A stretch of 64,000 nucleotides of DNA from Planctomycetota bacterium. GTDB taxonomy: Bacteria; Planctomycetota; UBA8108; SXIK01. Positions 1 through 10,033 of this stretch are shown here, one piece after another. Location of the stretch: the NCBI GenBank assembly GCA_965223265.1, contig OZ244999.1, positions 8,288,001 through 8,352,000 on the forward strand, written 5' to 3'. Positions within the stretch are counted from its first letter, which is position 1; the number at the start of each line of letters is the position of its first letter. The notes beneath the pieces are model-generated. The model had not been told where the DNA came from. It ran no database searches and saw only the letters and a list, made by a program, of their open reading frames with translations. A program made the translations under genes and the position numbers.

Positions 1-740
1 GTCGCGCTGACCGGCGTCGCGGCCTCTTCGAGCTTCTGCGTCAGCTGGCGGCGGGCGCCGAGGTCCAGGAGACCACTCGCCGGGACGGGCTCCCCGCTTG
101 CGTCGTTCGTAGTCGTCGTCAGCGAGTTCACAAGCCCAGAGGCGTCGTCGTCAGACTTCTTGCCAAACCCCTTAAGGTTTTCTTCGTACATACGAGCGAG
201 CTCGTCACGGCCCGCTTGCGGGATCAACTTGGCCACGTTGTCGACCAGCCCAAGGCAAGCGTCCGAGAGAAACGGCACGAGACGACTGCCATCGACCCAG
301 CCCTGCGTCTTCTCCTTGACGACTTCGATTTTCGATCCGACCGCGCCTTCTTCGGTTTGCCACTCCCGCAGCCCGACCGCGAGGCCGCCCAAGAGAATAA
401 CGCCCACACCGAGCGACAGAAGGGCGCCGAGCCAGCGGTTCGACTGACTAAGTTCCTTGTGCTCCATGCGTCGCGTGATGAGCGACAGAACAAAACTCAA
501 TGCGGCGGCGGCAAGAAACAGAATGCCGACGAACGCCACGACGAGTGCGGTGTTCTCGTTTTTCGACCGCATCTCCTCCATGAATCCGAGCGAGGCCACA
601 TCGGGATGGAATTTCGTGGCGAGAAAGAAGGATGCCCCGACGGCGATGAGAAGAAGAATCTGGCGCGCAAAGCCTTTGAAGTAGCCGTAGAGCAGGAACG
701 CGACCAAGAGGCCAATCAAGACGTAGTCAAGAGCGTTCAC
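1..740 (-). CDS. CvpA (colicin V production)-family membrane protein, 3' end runs off the window
   Basis: Not in the ORF track. Manual translation from GTG at 740 gives MNALDYVLIGLLVAFLLYGYFKGFARQILLLIAVGASFFLA...NRWLGALLSLGVG, with the CvpA-type D...GxxxGF and RxLG motifs and several TM segments; the frame is open to base 1. Confidence 0.75.
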   Translation of the reverse strand, partial: MNALDYVLIGLLVAFLLYGYFKGFARQILLLIAVGASFFLATKFHPDVASLGFMEEMRSKNENTALVVAFVGILFLAAAALSFVLSLITRRMEHKELSQSNRWLGALLSLGVGVILLGGLAVGLREWQTEEGAVGSKIEVVKEKTQGWVDGSRLVPFLSDACLGLVDNVAKLIPQAGRDELARMYEENLKGFGKKSDDDASGLVNSLTTTTNDASGEPVPASGLLDLGARRQLTQKLEEAATPVSA

Positions 741-984
741 GTGGAACCCCCAATGGTTTCAGATGTTGCCGGGCCGCATCGAAGCGGCAAAAAAACAACT
801 GCGCCGGCCGTGACAGTGGGACATATTATCAGATCATGGGGCGGAGCAAAGCGGGAAGCCATCGGGGATTTCCTGAGAGGAAGAGCTGAGTTTCCGTTGG
901 TCAAACGGAGTTCACGCCCGACTTCGTCGCCAGCTGCGCCGCTTCTGGGCTTTCCGCACCGTGGCCAATTCGGAGGTGTTGAAG

Positions 985-1383
985 ATGTGCACACGAATCA
1001 TGGTCTCTTGCCTCATCCTCTTCTTCGCCGGTCACTTCGTTGGCTGCGCTGCGCAGCAGTCAACCAGTCACACCGACGCAGCCGCTCGCGGGGTGGCGCC
1101 ACCCGACGCGCTTCTTTCGCCTACCGACGGTGACGGCGCGTTCCACAGCACGGAGCGTGCGCCGGGTAATACACCGTTAGAGACCTATCCTGAGAGGGCA
1201 GAGGTGCGTCGTCTCCTCCATCGAGCCGCCGCGCTAGTCACGGACGGCAGTTACGAGTCGGCACTCGAGGTTGTCCACCAAGCCTTGCGATTCGATCCGC
1301 GCAGCCCCTCGGCACTTCACCTCAAGGCGGAGATCGAGGAACTGTTGCGGCGACTGGACGGTGGCATTCGATCAACCGTTTGA
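985..1383 (+). CDS. Putative lipoprotein with a C-terminal TPR-like helical repeat
   Basis: GGAGGT RBS at 972-977, ATG at 985, lipobox-like FVG-C, and C-terminal AAALVTDGSYESALEVVHQALRFDPRSPSA resembling one TPR. Confidence 0.6.
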   Translation: MCTRIMVSCLILFFAGHFVGCAAQQSTSHTDAAARGVAPPDALLSPTDGDGAFHSTERAPGNTPLETYPERAEVRRLLHRAAALVTDGSYESALEVVHQALRFDPRSPSALHLKAEIEELLRRLDGGIRSTV

Positions 1384-1424
1384 CAAACACCTTTCGTTGA
1401 ACGACTTTCAAGAGGAACGAGCAG

Positions 1425-2165
1425 ATGGCGAATTTGCAGAATCATCCGATCGCCTCCGGTGAAGAGTGGCTGCGGGCACGGAAGGAACTCCTAGCGAAAG
1501 AGAAAGAGTTCACGCGACTGCGCGACGAGCTCAGTCAGCTGCGTCGCGACTTGCCGTGGGAGAAGGTCGAGAAGGAGTATGTCTTCGAGGGACCTCACGG
1601 CCGCGAGACGCTCGCGGACCTTTTTGACGGCCGTAGTCAGTTGCTGGTGTACCACTTCATGTTCGGGCCCGACTGGGAGGAGGGCTGCAAGAGCTGTTCG
1701 CTCATCGCTGATCACTACGACCCGTCGGTCGTCCATCTCAACCACCGCGACGTGACGCTGGTGACCGTGTCGCGAGCGCCGCTGGCGAAGCTGCAAGCGT
1801 TTCAAGAGCGCATGGGTTGGAAGTTCAAGTGGGTGTCGTCACTCGAAAGCGACTTCAACCGCGATTTTCACGTCTCGTTCACACCTGACGAAGTGGAGAA
1901 AGGCGATCTCTACTACAACTACACGCGAAGCCGGTTTCCGGTCGAAGAGGGGCCCGGTCTGAGTGTCTTTGCCAAGGACGCTGAAGGAACGGTCTTCCAC
2001 ACCTATTCGACCTACGCCCGTGGCCTGGACATCTTCCTCGGCGTGTACAACCTCCTCGACGTCGTTCCGAAGGGGCGCGACGAGACGGAGCTTCCCTACG
2101 GCATGGCCTGGGTGCGCCATCACGATAAGTATGACGACGCGTCGTTCGTGGATCCTTACGTGTAG
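1425..2165 (+). CDS. DUF899 thioredoxin-like protein
   Basis: Characteristic EWLxARxxLLxKEKExTR, LxDLFDGRSQLxVYHFMF, CxSCS, HTYSTYARG and WVRHHD motifs; GAGG RBS. Confidence 0.9.
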   Translation: MANLQNHPIASGEEWLRARKELLAKEKEFTRLRDELSQLRRDLPWEKVEKEYVFEGPHGRETLADLFDGRSQLLVYHFMFGPDWEEGCKSCSLIADHYDPSVVHLNHRDVTLVTVSRAPLAKLQAFQERMGWKFKWVSSLESDFNRDFHVSFTPDEVEKGDLYYNYTRSRFPVEEGPGLSVFAKDAEGTVFHTYSTYARGLDIFLGVYNLLDVVPKGRDETELPYGMAWVRHHDKYDDASFVDPYV

Positions 2166-2369
2166 GTCCCGCAAAGTAGCAGGCACACTCCGTGTGCCGT
2201 CCGGTCTTGTCTTCCCGTCGCCGACCCCAACGTGTAGTTGAGCGTCCCGGAAAGTAGCAGGCACACTCTGTGTGCCGTCCGGTCTTGTCTTCCCGTCGCC
2301 GACCCCAACGTGTAGTTGAGCGTCCCGGAAAGTAGCAGGCACACTCTGTGTGCCGTCCGGTCTTGTCTT
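2166..2369 (+). repeat. Tandem array of about 2.6 copies of a 78-bp unit, each containing a GTAG-type REP palindrome
   Basis: GTAGCAGGCACACTC(C/T)GTGTGCCGTCCGGTCTTGTC starts at 2176, 2254 and 2332 (period 78). GTAG is followed by the GGCACAC...GTGTGCC palindrome. Confidence 0.9.
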
Positions 2370-2437
2370 TTCCGCGCTGATCTCTGGCGGCGGCATACAG
2401 GCGAGGGCTGTGAACTCTTAAAACGTGTCGTCGCTAC

Positions 2438-2491
2438 TCACGGTGCACGGTGCACGGTCCACGGCCGGACGGCACACGGCTTGTGCCTGCT
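2438..2491 (-). repeat. Inverted REP copy preceded by a short 7-mer (CACGGTG-like) tandem repeat
   Basis: CCGGACGGCACACGGCTTGTGCCTGCT at 2465-2491 is the reverse complement of the REP consensus; CACGGTG CACGGTG CACGGTC CACGG lies directly before it. Confidence 0.75.
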
Positions 2492-2723
2492 CTTTGGATG
2501 GTCGCCCTTCGTTGACGTAGTTTCCTGTCGTTCAACTTTTCTTCTGATCTCTCGAACAGAAACAAACGAAGGTCAGACAGAGAAGCGGCAGGCGCTCGAG
2601 GACGTCTCGCCTTTCCGCTGCGAGCTTGCGCTCTTGGGGCGAAGAAAAGGAATTCGCCCCAGGCACCCAAGGTCGCAAGGAGAAACGCTTGACGGGTGCA
2701 GATCGAACCAATGACAGAGCACA

Positions 2724-2749
2724 ACGGCACACAGGCGTGTACCTACTAC
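2724..2749 (-). repeat. Degenerate REP copy
   Basis: Reverse complement reads GTAGTAGGTACACGCCTGTGTGCCGT, matching the consensus GTAGCAGGCACACTCCGTGTGCCGT. Confidence 0.7.
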
Positions 2750-2796
2750 TGTTTCGAGTTGCAGGCGCGAAACGCCAAACGCCGGCCGCAGCGTCA

Positions 2797-3750
2797 TTAG
2801 CTGGACGTGCCGGGTCGTAGCACGCGACCAGGGATGCTCGCGAGCACCTGAGCAGCTGCTCGCCAACCGCGCCGCGGCGGTGCGTACGCCAACCTGCCCT
2901 CCGGCCAGCGACGCTCGTCGCTGCTCGCGGTCGGCGACGTGTGGCACTGGGCGCGATCGCGTTTGAGTGCGACGAGCGTGCAGCGGTTTTCGCCTTCTGC
3001 CCCGGCTCGACCGAATGTGTCATGCAGCGGCAGGAAGCATTCATAGACTGAGGAAAAGCCGGCGTCGCCGAGACAGTTGACGAGTGACGGCCGACTGAGC
3101 CAAAAGCTCACTTCATTGTCTGCCGATGCCCACAATTTTTTGAGACGCTGCTCGCGGCTCTCTGAGCTGTGGTGCTCCCGGTAGGTTTCGCCCCAATACG
3201 TGTGAGCTCCGTGCACCACGGACTCGGATGCTTTGAGACTAATACGTGTATCGACGATGAGCGCGTCGGTCGCCATCGCGTACATCGTCTCGATGAGGCG
3301 AAAGACGTCAGGCGCGGGGAGGTGGTAGAGGATGCCGCTGCACAGAATGACGTCGAACTCGCCGTGTCGTTCGCGAGAGACCGCGCGCACGTCGCCGAGC
3401 TCGAAGTGAAGCTTTTCGAGTCCAAGTGCCTCCTTGGCAAACACCGCTTTGGCGTAGTTCGCTTCGCGCACCTCGACGCCCAGGACAGTCGCACCCTGCA
3501 GCGCGAACTCGATCGAGAACATGCCGTCGAGGCAGCCGAGGTCGAGGACGCGGCACTCTGAGAGCGGGCGGCGGCTGACATCGGCGGCCATTTGCAGGAG
3601 ACGAAGAAGGCGAGTGTGCGGCACGCCCCGATTGCCGCGCGTCCAGACGCCGTGCGGTAGCGGAATGTCGAAGGTCCACTCGCCGTGCTCGCGCACCATC
3701 TCGGCGAGCTGCGCTTCGAGCGCTTCCCGGGTCTCGAGTTGCACGGTCAT
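2797..3750 (-). CDS. Class I SAM-dependent methyltransferase
   Basis: Motif I VLDLGCLDG, acidic VEVR after strand 2, FDVILCSGILYHL; ATG at 3750 preceded by GGAG. Confidence 0.85.
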   Translation of the reverse strand: MTVQLETREALEAQLAEMVREHGEWTFDIPLPHGVWTRGNRGVPHTRLLRLLQMAADVSRRPLSECRVLDLGCLDGMFSIEFALQGATVLGVEVREANYAKAVFAKEALGLEKLHFELGDVRAVSRERHGEFDVILCSGILYHLPAPDVFRLIETMYAMATDALIVDTRISLKASESVVHGAHTYWGETYREHHSSESREQRLKKLWASADNEVSFWLSRPSLVNCLGDAGFSSVYECFLPLHDTFGRAGAEGENRCTLVALKRDRAQCHTSPTASSDERRWPEGRLAYAPPRRGWRAAAQVLASIPGRVLRPGTSS

Positions 3751-3883
3751 ACTGAGCTTTTCTCCTGCCAGTTGCGACTCCGGCGTGTGTGCGTTCTCCG
3801 ACTTCACTCTATCGGATGCTGATCCCGCGAGCTGGAGCGCTACCCGAGACGTCCCCGATCTTCCTTTATCGCCGGGGGTGGTT

Positions 3884-3898
3884 TGTATACAGTATACA
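3884..3898. promoter_or_regulatory. Perfect AT-rich palindrome TGTATAC-A-GTATACA, candidate transcription-factor operator (GntR-like)
   Basis: Perfect 7-1-7 inverted repeat in the divergent intergenic region between the methyltransferase and the DUF1553 cluster. GntR-family operators commonly have GT...AC cores; the family assignment is inference. Confidence 0.55.
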
Positions 3899-4057
3899 GG
3901 TCTTGGCGAGGCAGCAGACTGCCGCGCGGCACTGGACGCCGCCTGGGCGCACTGTCAATGATGTGCCAGCCGGAAGCGCGTCGCCGCAGAACGGAATCCA
4001 TCAGATCTCGATTCAAAGTGTTGCTCCAACGGTTGCGATAGGAGACTCGAACGACTC

Positions 4058-7000
4058 GTGCACGCTCCGTCTCGCCTTTTCTTATCCCGTGTCCCTAGCT
4101 TTGTTCGTCGCGTGCGTTTGACGACGGTCAACGCCTTGTTGTTTGCATTCGCCTGGAGTTCTCTCAGCGCGGAAGAGCCACGTGAGGTTCAGTTCAGTCG
4201 CGATGTGCGACCGATCTTGGCATCGCGCTGCTTCGCGTGCCATGGCCCAGACGCGCAAGTGAGACAGGCTGGTCTGCGACTCGACCAGCGCCAGGAAGCG
4301 ACGCGCGAGCTCGCTTCAGGGCACCGAGCGATCGTTCCCGGCGACGTTGCTCAAAGCGAATTGTTGCGCCGGGTCACGGCGACCGATCCGGACGTCGTGA
4401 TGCCTCCGCGGGAAACGAAGCAGACTCTGACCGAGTCTGAGAAACGTACACTTGCCGCGTGGATTGAGCAGGGCGCTTCCTACGAGCTCCATTGGGCGTT
4501 TTCGTCGCCCCGGCGTCCATCGCTGCCAGCAACGACAGATCGTGAGTGGCCGCGCAATGAAATCGATGCGTTCATCTTGGCGCGTCTCGAGGCGGAGAAG
4601 ATGCGCCCATCTTCCGAAGCCGGTCGGACGACCCTCATCCGTCGCTTGTCGCTGGATCTCCGCGGTTTGCCGCCATCGGTGGAAGAAATTGACGCATTCG
4701 TCAATGACGCAGCCCCGGAGGCGTATGAGAAGCTCGTCGATCGCTTCCTGGCCTCAGCGCACCGCGGCGAGGCGCTCGCGCAGGAGTGGCTTGACCTCGC
4801 GCGCTACGGCGACACCAACGGCTATCACGCCGACAGTGACCGCGAGATGTGGCTGTATCGAAACTACGTCATTGAATCGCTCAGTGGCGACAAGCCTTTC
4901 GATCGTTTCGTCACTGAAAACATCGCCGGGGATCTGATCTCCGACGCCAACCGTGAAACTCAGATCGCCACCGGGTTCAATCGCTGCAACACGTTCAACG
5001 AGGAGGGCGGTGCGGATCCTGCGGAGTTCCGCGTCGCCTACGCCGTCGATCGCGCCAACACGACGGGCCAGGTGTTTCTCGGCATGACGTTCGGCTGCGC
5101 CCAGTGTCACGATCACAAATACGATCCTCTCACGCAGCGTGAGTACTATCAGTTCTACGCGTTTTTCAACAGTGTTGACGGTGAGGTCGGTGCGGGGGGA
5201 CCGTCGGGCCACCATGGCAAGCCACTGCCGCCGCTTCTGAAGGTGCCGACGCCGGATCAGCAGGTGGAGCTGGCACAGATCGCGGCGCGAACGACCGAGA
5301 TCGAAACGATCGTCGAGCGCGAATTGAGGCGCGCGGACGACGCGGAGTCGCAGCCGCAGTTCGCGGCCGATTTGGCGCGCTGGGCGCAGCACATCCGACC
5401 GGGCGCCACAGACGCGCAACCATTCGCCGCCGGGCTGAAGGTGTGGCTCGACGCTGGCGACCTCGACGGGGATAGAGAGGTTGACGATGGCCTGACGAGT
5501 CGAGCCGCCTCGTCGAAGGAGGTGGCAACGGTAGCACGGCCGGCGGCGCCAGAGGCGGTGGGTGCGGAAGCTGCGCAATCGTTGACGAACGCAGCAGACG
5601 TCGAGGGCGTGCAGCTGGCGAAGGCGACGACAACCGCAGAGCCGCTCAGCGCTTGGCGCGATCGTTCCGGCTCCGGACTCGAGTTCGTGGCGCGTGGTGA
5701 GCCGTTTCTCCGGACGCACAGCTTGTCGGGTCGTCCTGCCGTACGACTCGACGGCGACAAGGCGTCGTTCCGCTCGACGACCGGCGGTGCGGATCTCCAG
5801 GGTGACTTCACCATGTTCGCCGTCTTTCGACATCACCGCATCCTGGCGCACCAGTCGATCGTCAGCTGGGGCGGCACCGGTGCGGGAGAGCCGCGTGCTA
5901 TGTGGAAGTTCTCGGGTCGGCATCAATTCACCTTCCGCAGCCCCGGCGCTGAAGTCAAAGGTGACCGCGAACTCAAGTTGGGAGAAAAGCTTATCGGTGT
6001 TGTTGTTTATGACAGCGCCGCCAAATCGCTGCGGTTGGCAGTGAACGGCGACGCGGCGGGCCAAGGCTCTCCTGAGCTCAAGCCGTACAGCGACTATGGC
6101 ATCAACATCGGAGCGACGGCGCGTGGTAGCTCGGCAGCTGGAATCGATCTCGCCGAAGTACTGATCTACGACGCCGCCCTGTCGCCGGACGACGAGATCG
6201 TGGTGGGACGCTACTTGGCGGAGAAGTACGAAATTGACGCGGTCTACCGCGGCGCGCCGCGTGAGATCGTCGACATTGCTGCGATTCCCGAGGCTCAGCG
6301 TTCGGCCGCAGATGATCGGCAGCTGCGCGATCACTTTGTGCGTTACGTCTATCAGGGATCACGGGCGACCTTCGCCCCTCTGAACGCTGAACTGCAGAAA
6401 CTGCGGCGAGAGGCAGAGTCGCTGCGCAAGAGCTTTCTCACTACGATGGTGATGAAAGAGAAGGAGATGCGAAATCCCGCGTTCGTGCTCATGCGCGGCG
6501 ACTTTCAGAATCCAGGGGAACGTGTCGAGCCGGGGGTGCCGTCGATTTTTCCGCCGCTGCCTGAAAGAGAGCCGCGAAATCGTCTCGGGTTGGCGCGATG
6601 GCTTACGCGCGCGGATCATCCGCTCGTCGCCCGCGTCATGGTGAACCGAGTGTGGAAGCGTCTGTTCGGAACCGGGATTGTCAAAACGCTCGGGGACTTC
6701 GGCACCCAGGGAGAGTTTCCGAGTCATCCGGAATTGCTCGACTGGTTGGCGCGAGAGTTCGTCGACGGAGGCTGGCGGATCAAGGCTCTGGAGAAGCGGA
6801 TCGTCATGTCGGCGACGTACCGCCAGTCGTCGGTTGATCGCGGTCTCTACGGGGAATCTGATCCCTACAATCGACTTTACTCACGCGCGCCCCGATTTCG
6901 ACTCTCCGCGGAGGGCGTGCGCGACAACGCTCTCGCGATCAGCGGTCTCCTGACGCGTAAGATCGGAGGCGCGAGCGTCAAGCCATATCAACCTGCCGAT

Positions 7001-7513
7001 TACTACGCCGACAAGGTGGGGAGAAGGTGGGAGCAGAGCAAAGGCGAGGATCTTTTCCGGCGTGGCTTGTATACGTACTGGCGTCGCACAACGCTCTATC
7101 CGACCTTTCAGATCTTCGACGCGCCGAGTCGAGAGGTGTGCACCGTCAACCGCCCGCGCACCAATACGCCGCTGCAAGCGCTCGTCGGGTTGAACGATCC
7201 GACATTCGTCGAAGCGGCGCGCGCGTTCGCCGTGCGCATCCTGCGCGAGAGTGGCCCGAGCGTCGTCCAGCGACTGCGTTTCGCTTTTCGCACCGCTGTA
7301 GCGCGTCCGCCAACCGCAGCGGAGCTTGAAGTGTTGCAGCAGATCGTCGCCGAACAGAAGGCGACGTTCGACGACGACCCCGAGGCGGCGCGGCAGTTGA
7401 CCGCCGGTGGCGAGTCGGAGGTTCCTGCGGAGTTCGACAGCGCGGAGCTTGCCGCGTGGACCGCGTTCAGCAGTGTAGTGCTGAACCTTGACGAAGCGTT
7501 GACCCGGGAGTGA
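4058..7513 (+). CDS. Planctomycete cytochrome c + DUF1549 (PSCyt2) + DUF1553 (PSD1) protein with an inserted LamG/concanavalin-like domain
   Basis: FSRDVRPIL..CFACHG, WLDLARYGDTNG, CAQCHDHKYDP, ARVMVNRVW, PSHPELLDWLA, TNTPLQAL; the central insert (LKVWLDAGD...AEVLIYDAALS) is LamG-like. Start uncertain. Confidence 0.92.
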   Translation: MHAPSRLFLSRVPSFVRRVRLTTVNALLFAFAWSSLSAEEPREVQFSRDVRPILASRCFACHGPDAQVRQAGLRLDQRQEATRELASGHRAIVPGDVAQSELLRRVTATDPDVVMPPRETKQTLTESEKRTLAAWIEQGASYELHWAFSSPRRPSLPATTDREWPRNEIDAFILARLEAEKMRPSSEAGRTTLIRRLSLDLRGLPPSVEEIDAFVNDAAPEAYEKLVDRFLASAHRGEALAQEWLDLARYGDTNGYHADSDREMWLYRNYVIESLSGDKPFDRFVTENIAGDLISDANRETQIATGFNRCNTFNEEGGADPAEFRVAYAVDRANTTGQVFLGMTFGCAQCHDHKYDPLTQREYYQFYAFFNSVDGEVGAGGPSGHHGKPLPPLLKVPTPDQQVELAQIAARTTEIETIVERELRRADDAESQPQFAADLARWAQHIRPGATDAQPFAAGLKVWLDAGDLDGDREVDDGLTSRAASSKEVATVARPAAPEAVGAEAAQSLTNAADVEGVQLAKATTTAEPLSAWRDRSGSGLEFVARGEPFLRTHSLSGRPAVRLDGDKASFRSTTGGADLQGDFTMFAVFRHHRILAHQSIVSWGGTGAGEPRAMWKFSGRHQFTFRSPGAEVKGDRELKLGEKLIGVVVYDSAAKSLRLAVNGDAAGQGSPELKPYSDYGINIGATARGSSAAGIDLAEVLIYDAALSPDDEIVVGRYLAEKYEIDAVYRGAPREIVDIAAIPEAQRSAADDRQLRDHFVRYVYQGSRATFAPLNAELQKLRREAESLRKSFLTTMVMKEKEMRNPAFVLMRGDFQNPGERVEPGVPSIFPPLPEREPRNRLGLARWLTRADHPLVARVMVNRVWKRLFGTGIVKTLGDFGTQGEFPSHPELLDWLAREFVDGGWRIKALEKRIVMSATYRQSSVDRGLYGESDPYNRLYSRAPRFRLSAEGVRDNALAISGLLTRKIGGASVKPYQPADYYADKVGRRWEQSKGEDLFRRGLYTYWRRTTLYPTFQIFDAPSREVCTVNRPRTNTPLQALVGLNDPTFVEAARAFAVRILRESGPSVVQRLRFAFRTAVARPPTAAELEVLQQIVAEQKATFDDDPEAARQLTAGGESEVPAEFDSAELAAWTAFSSVVLNLDEALTRE

Positions 7514-7636
7514 CGCTTCGAGCTGTCGGTCTTGCGACGCCGCGAGCCGCAGTCTCACTGGTGATGGCGACAGAGAAATGTTTCCGAGAAGAACCTTGAT
7601 GACGTTGCAGGTATCAACAAGGGGGACATCGCGGCG

Positions 7637-9109
7637 ATGACTCGAGACGTTCACCTGATCGACTCTGGTGATCAGCTTCAGCAGGCGCATGTGGCGCGGC
7701 GTCACTTTCTCACGCGTGCTTCCTCTGGCTTGGGTGCGATCGCGTTGGCGTCTCTCTTGGAACAAGATGGCCTTCTCGCGCGAGCACCGTCGTCACGTCG
7801 TCGGGCCTCAGGCGATCCCGTAGCGCACTTCGCACCGCAGGCCCAGCGCGTCATCTATCTCCACATGTCGGGCGGACCATCGCAGCTGGACACGTTCGAT
7901 CCAAAGCTCCAGCTCCAGAAACTGCACGGAACGGAGCTCCCCAAGTCGGTGCGCGGGAAGCAGCGCGTCACTCTCATGACCCGCAATCAACTTTCCATGT
8001 CGGTGGCCGCTTCGCAGCACGAGTTCGGACGTTTCGGCGCTTCGGGTCAGGTGATGAACGTCCTCTTCAAGGAAATCTCAACGATCGCGGATGAACTTTG
8101 CATCGTCCGCAGTATGCAGACCGAGCCGATCAACCACGATCCCGCCGTGACGTTCCTTCAGACCGGCAGCCCAGTTGCGGGCCGCCCGTGCTTTGGCTCG
8201 TGGGTGAGCTACGGTCTCGGCAGTGACAACCGAGACCTGCCAGAGTTTGTTGTCCTGCTTTCGAATCCCGGCGGACAACCCGTGCCATCGCGCTACTGGC
8301 ACAACGGTTTTCTCCCGAGCCGCTACCAGGGCGTCCAGTTTCAATCGAAGGGAGACCCTGTTCTTTTCCTGTCGAATCCGGCGGGGATGACGCGGGCGAA
8401 CCGTGGCCGCATCGTCGAACGCATTAGCGAGCTCAATCGCCTGCGGCTGGCGCAGGTCGGCGACCCGGAGATCGATGCTCGCATCGACGCGTACCAGCTG
8501 GCCTTTCGCATGCAGCGATCCGTGCCACAGCTTACCGATTTATCGCATGAGAATCCGAAGACGCTCGAGATGTATGGCGTCGAACCGGGAAAACCATCCT
8601 TTGCCGCCAACTGCCTCTTGGCCCGACGTCTCGCCGAGGCGGGCGTCAGGTTCATTCAGCTCTACGATCGCGGCTGGGATCATCATGGGGGCGTCACCAA
8701 GAGCATCGCACGGAAGATCCGCGACGTCGACCGGCCGTGCGCCGCCCTCATCAAGGACCTCAAGCAGCGTGGACTTCTCGACGACACGCTCGTGATCTGG
8801 GGCGGTGAATTCGGCCGCACGACCTACAGCCAAGGTGACGTGCACAACAAGAACTTTGGTCGCGACCACCATCCGCGCTGTTTTTCGATCTGGCTTGCCG
8901 GCGGCGGCATCAAGGGTGGCGTCACGCACGGCGCCACAGATGATTTCGCCTACAACATCGCGCGCGACCGCGTCGAGGTGTTCGACCTCAACGCGACGCT
9001 GCTCCACTGTCTTGGCATGGAACACAAGCGATTGGTCTACAAATTCAAGGGGCGGGATTTCCGTCTCACGGATGTTCACGGTCGCGTTTTGACGGAACTT
9101 CTCGCCTAA
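7637..9109 (+). CDS. DUF1501 family protein (Tat-type signal)
   Basis: ARRHFL twin-arginine motif, [50 protein letters not shown]. Confidence 0.93.
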   Translation: MTRDVHLIDSGDQLQQAHVARRHFLTRASSGLGAIALASLLEQDGLLARAPSSRRRASGDPVAHFAPQAQRVIYLHMSGGPSQLDTFDPKLQLQKLHGTELPKSVRGKQRVTLMTRNQLSMSVAASQHEFGRFGASGQVMNVLFKEISTIADELCIVRSMQTEPINHDPAVTFLQTGSPVAGRPCFGSWVSYGLGSDNRDLPEFVVLLSNPGGQPVPSRYWHNGFLPSRYQGVQFQSKGDPVLFLSNPAGMTRANRGRIVERISELNRLRLAQVGDPEIDARIDAYQLAFRMQRSVPQLTDLSHENPKTLEMYGVEPGKPSFAANCLLARRLAEAGVRFIQLYDRGWDHHGGVTKSIARKIRDVDRPCAALIKDLKQRGLLDDTLVIWGGEFGRTTYSQGDVHNKNFGRDHHPRCFSIWLAGGGIKGGVTHGATDDFAYNIARDRVEVFDLNATLLHCLGMEHKRLVYKFKGRDFRLTDVHGRVLTELLA

Positions 9110-9131
9110 CACATCAGCTAAAGAAAGAACA

Positions 9132-9157
9132 GACGGTACACAGCGTGTGCCGGCGAC
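9132..9157 (-). repeat. Degenerate REP copy between DUF1501 and aroE
   Basis: Reverse complement GTCGCCGGCACACGCTGTGTACCGTC matches the REP consensus at 2176. Confidence 0.65.
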
Positions 9158-9178
9158 CTTGGAGCGTTTACGCACAAC

Positions 9179-10033
9179 ATGAGTCAGAATTTCCTGTCGC
9201 AGCTGACCGGGTCCTTCGCACAGCCGGCAGCCGAGAATCCGACGGTGGCGATGATCGAAGCGGCGTACCGTCACCACGACCTGCCGTGGCGTTATATCAA
9301 CTTCGAAGTCTCGCCGGAGAATCTCGCCGACGCCGTGCGCGGTGCGCGTGCCATGGGATTCGCTGGATTCAACTGCTCGCTGCCGCACAAGGTCGCCGTG
9401 ATCGAGCACCTGGACGGACTGGGGGAGTCCGCGTCGATCATGGGTGCTGTCAACTGCGTCGTGCGCCGGGACGGAAGATACATCGGCGAGAACACCGACG
9501 GGAAAGGATTCGTTCAGTCTCTGCGGGAAGCGATTGACCCCCAAGGTCGAAGTGTCGTCCTGTTCGGCGCGGGCGGTGCTGCGCGCGCCATCGGCGTCGA
9601 GGTGGCGCTCGCCGGTGCCAACAAGATCACCGTCGTCAATCGGAGCCGCGGCCGCGGCGAAGAGCTCGCGCAGCTGATCGAGGGGAAGACGCCAGCGACC
9701 GCCGACTTTGTTGAATGGCGCGGCGACTATGTTGTTCCGGCATCGACGGATATCGTCGTCAACTCGACATCGATCGGGCTCTTCCCCGATGTCGATGCGC
9801 ACCTGGCGCTCGATGTTGAAAGTTTGGCCGCGTCGATGGTCGTCGCGGACGTGATTCCGAATCCGCTGACGACGCATCTTATGCGAGACGCCGGATCTCG
9901 CGGTTGTACCGTGATCGACGGCCTGGGTATGCTGGTGAATCAAGGCGTCATCAGCATCAAGTATTGGACGGGCGTCGACGTCGAAGCGGCCGTCATGCGG
10001 GACGCCATTGTGAAGGTTTTCAGTTCGTCATGA
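9179..10033 (+). CDS. aroE: Shikimate dehydrogenase
   Basis: GFNCSLPHK (catalytic Lys), GAVNC, GENTDGKG, GAGGAARA, NRSxxR, NSTSIG, DGLGMLVNQG. Confidence 0.9.
   Translation: MSQNFLSQLTGSFAQPAAENPTVAMIEAAYRHHDLPWRYINFEVSPENLADAVRGARAMGFAGFNCSLPHKVAVIEHLDGLGESASIMGAVNCVVRRDGRYIGENTDGKGFVQSLREAIDPQGRSVVLFGAGGAARAIGVEVALAGANKITVVNRSRGRGEELAQLIEGKTPATADFVEWRGDYVVPASTDIVVNSTSIGLFPDVDAHLALDVESLAASMVVADVIPNPLTTHLMRDAGSRGCTVIDGLGMLVNQGVISIKYWTGVDVEAAVMRDAIVKVFSSS

Noticed and set aside
216-1133. 305-aa plus-strand ORF
   Set aside because: Antisense shadow of the CvpA-like gene, which is the frame with family motifs.
2166-2369. 78-bp repeat as a CRISPR array
   Set aside because: The would-be spacers are identical; the unit is a REP-containing tandem repeat.
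4754-6334. Long antisense ORFs (also 8540-9943, 18682-19584 and others)
   Set aside because: Typical high-GC shadow ORFs opposite well-supported genes.
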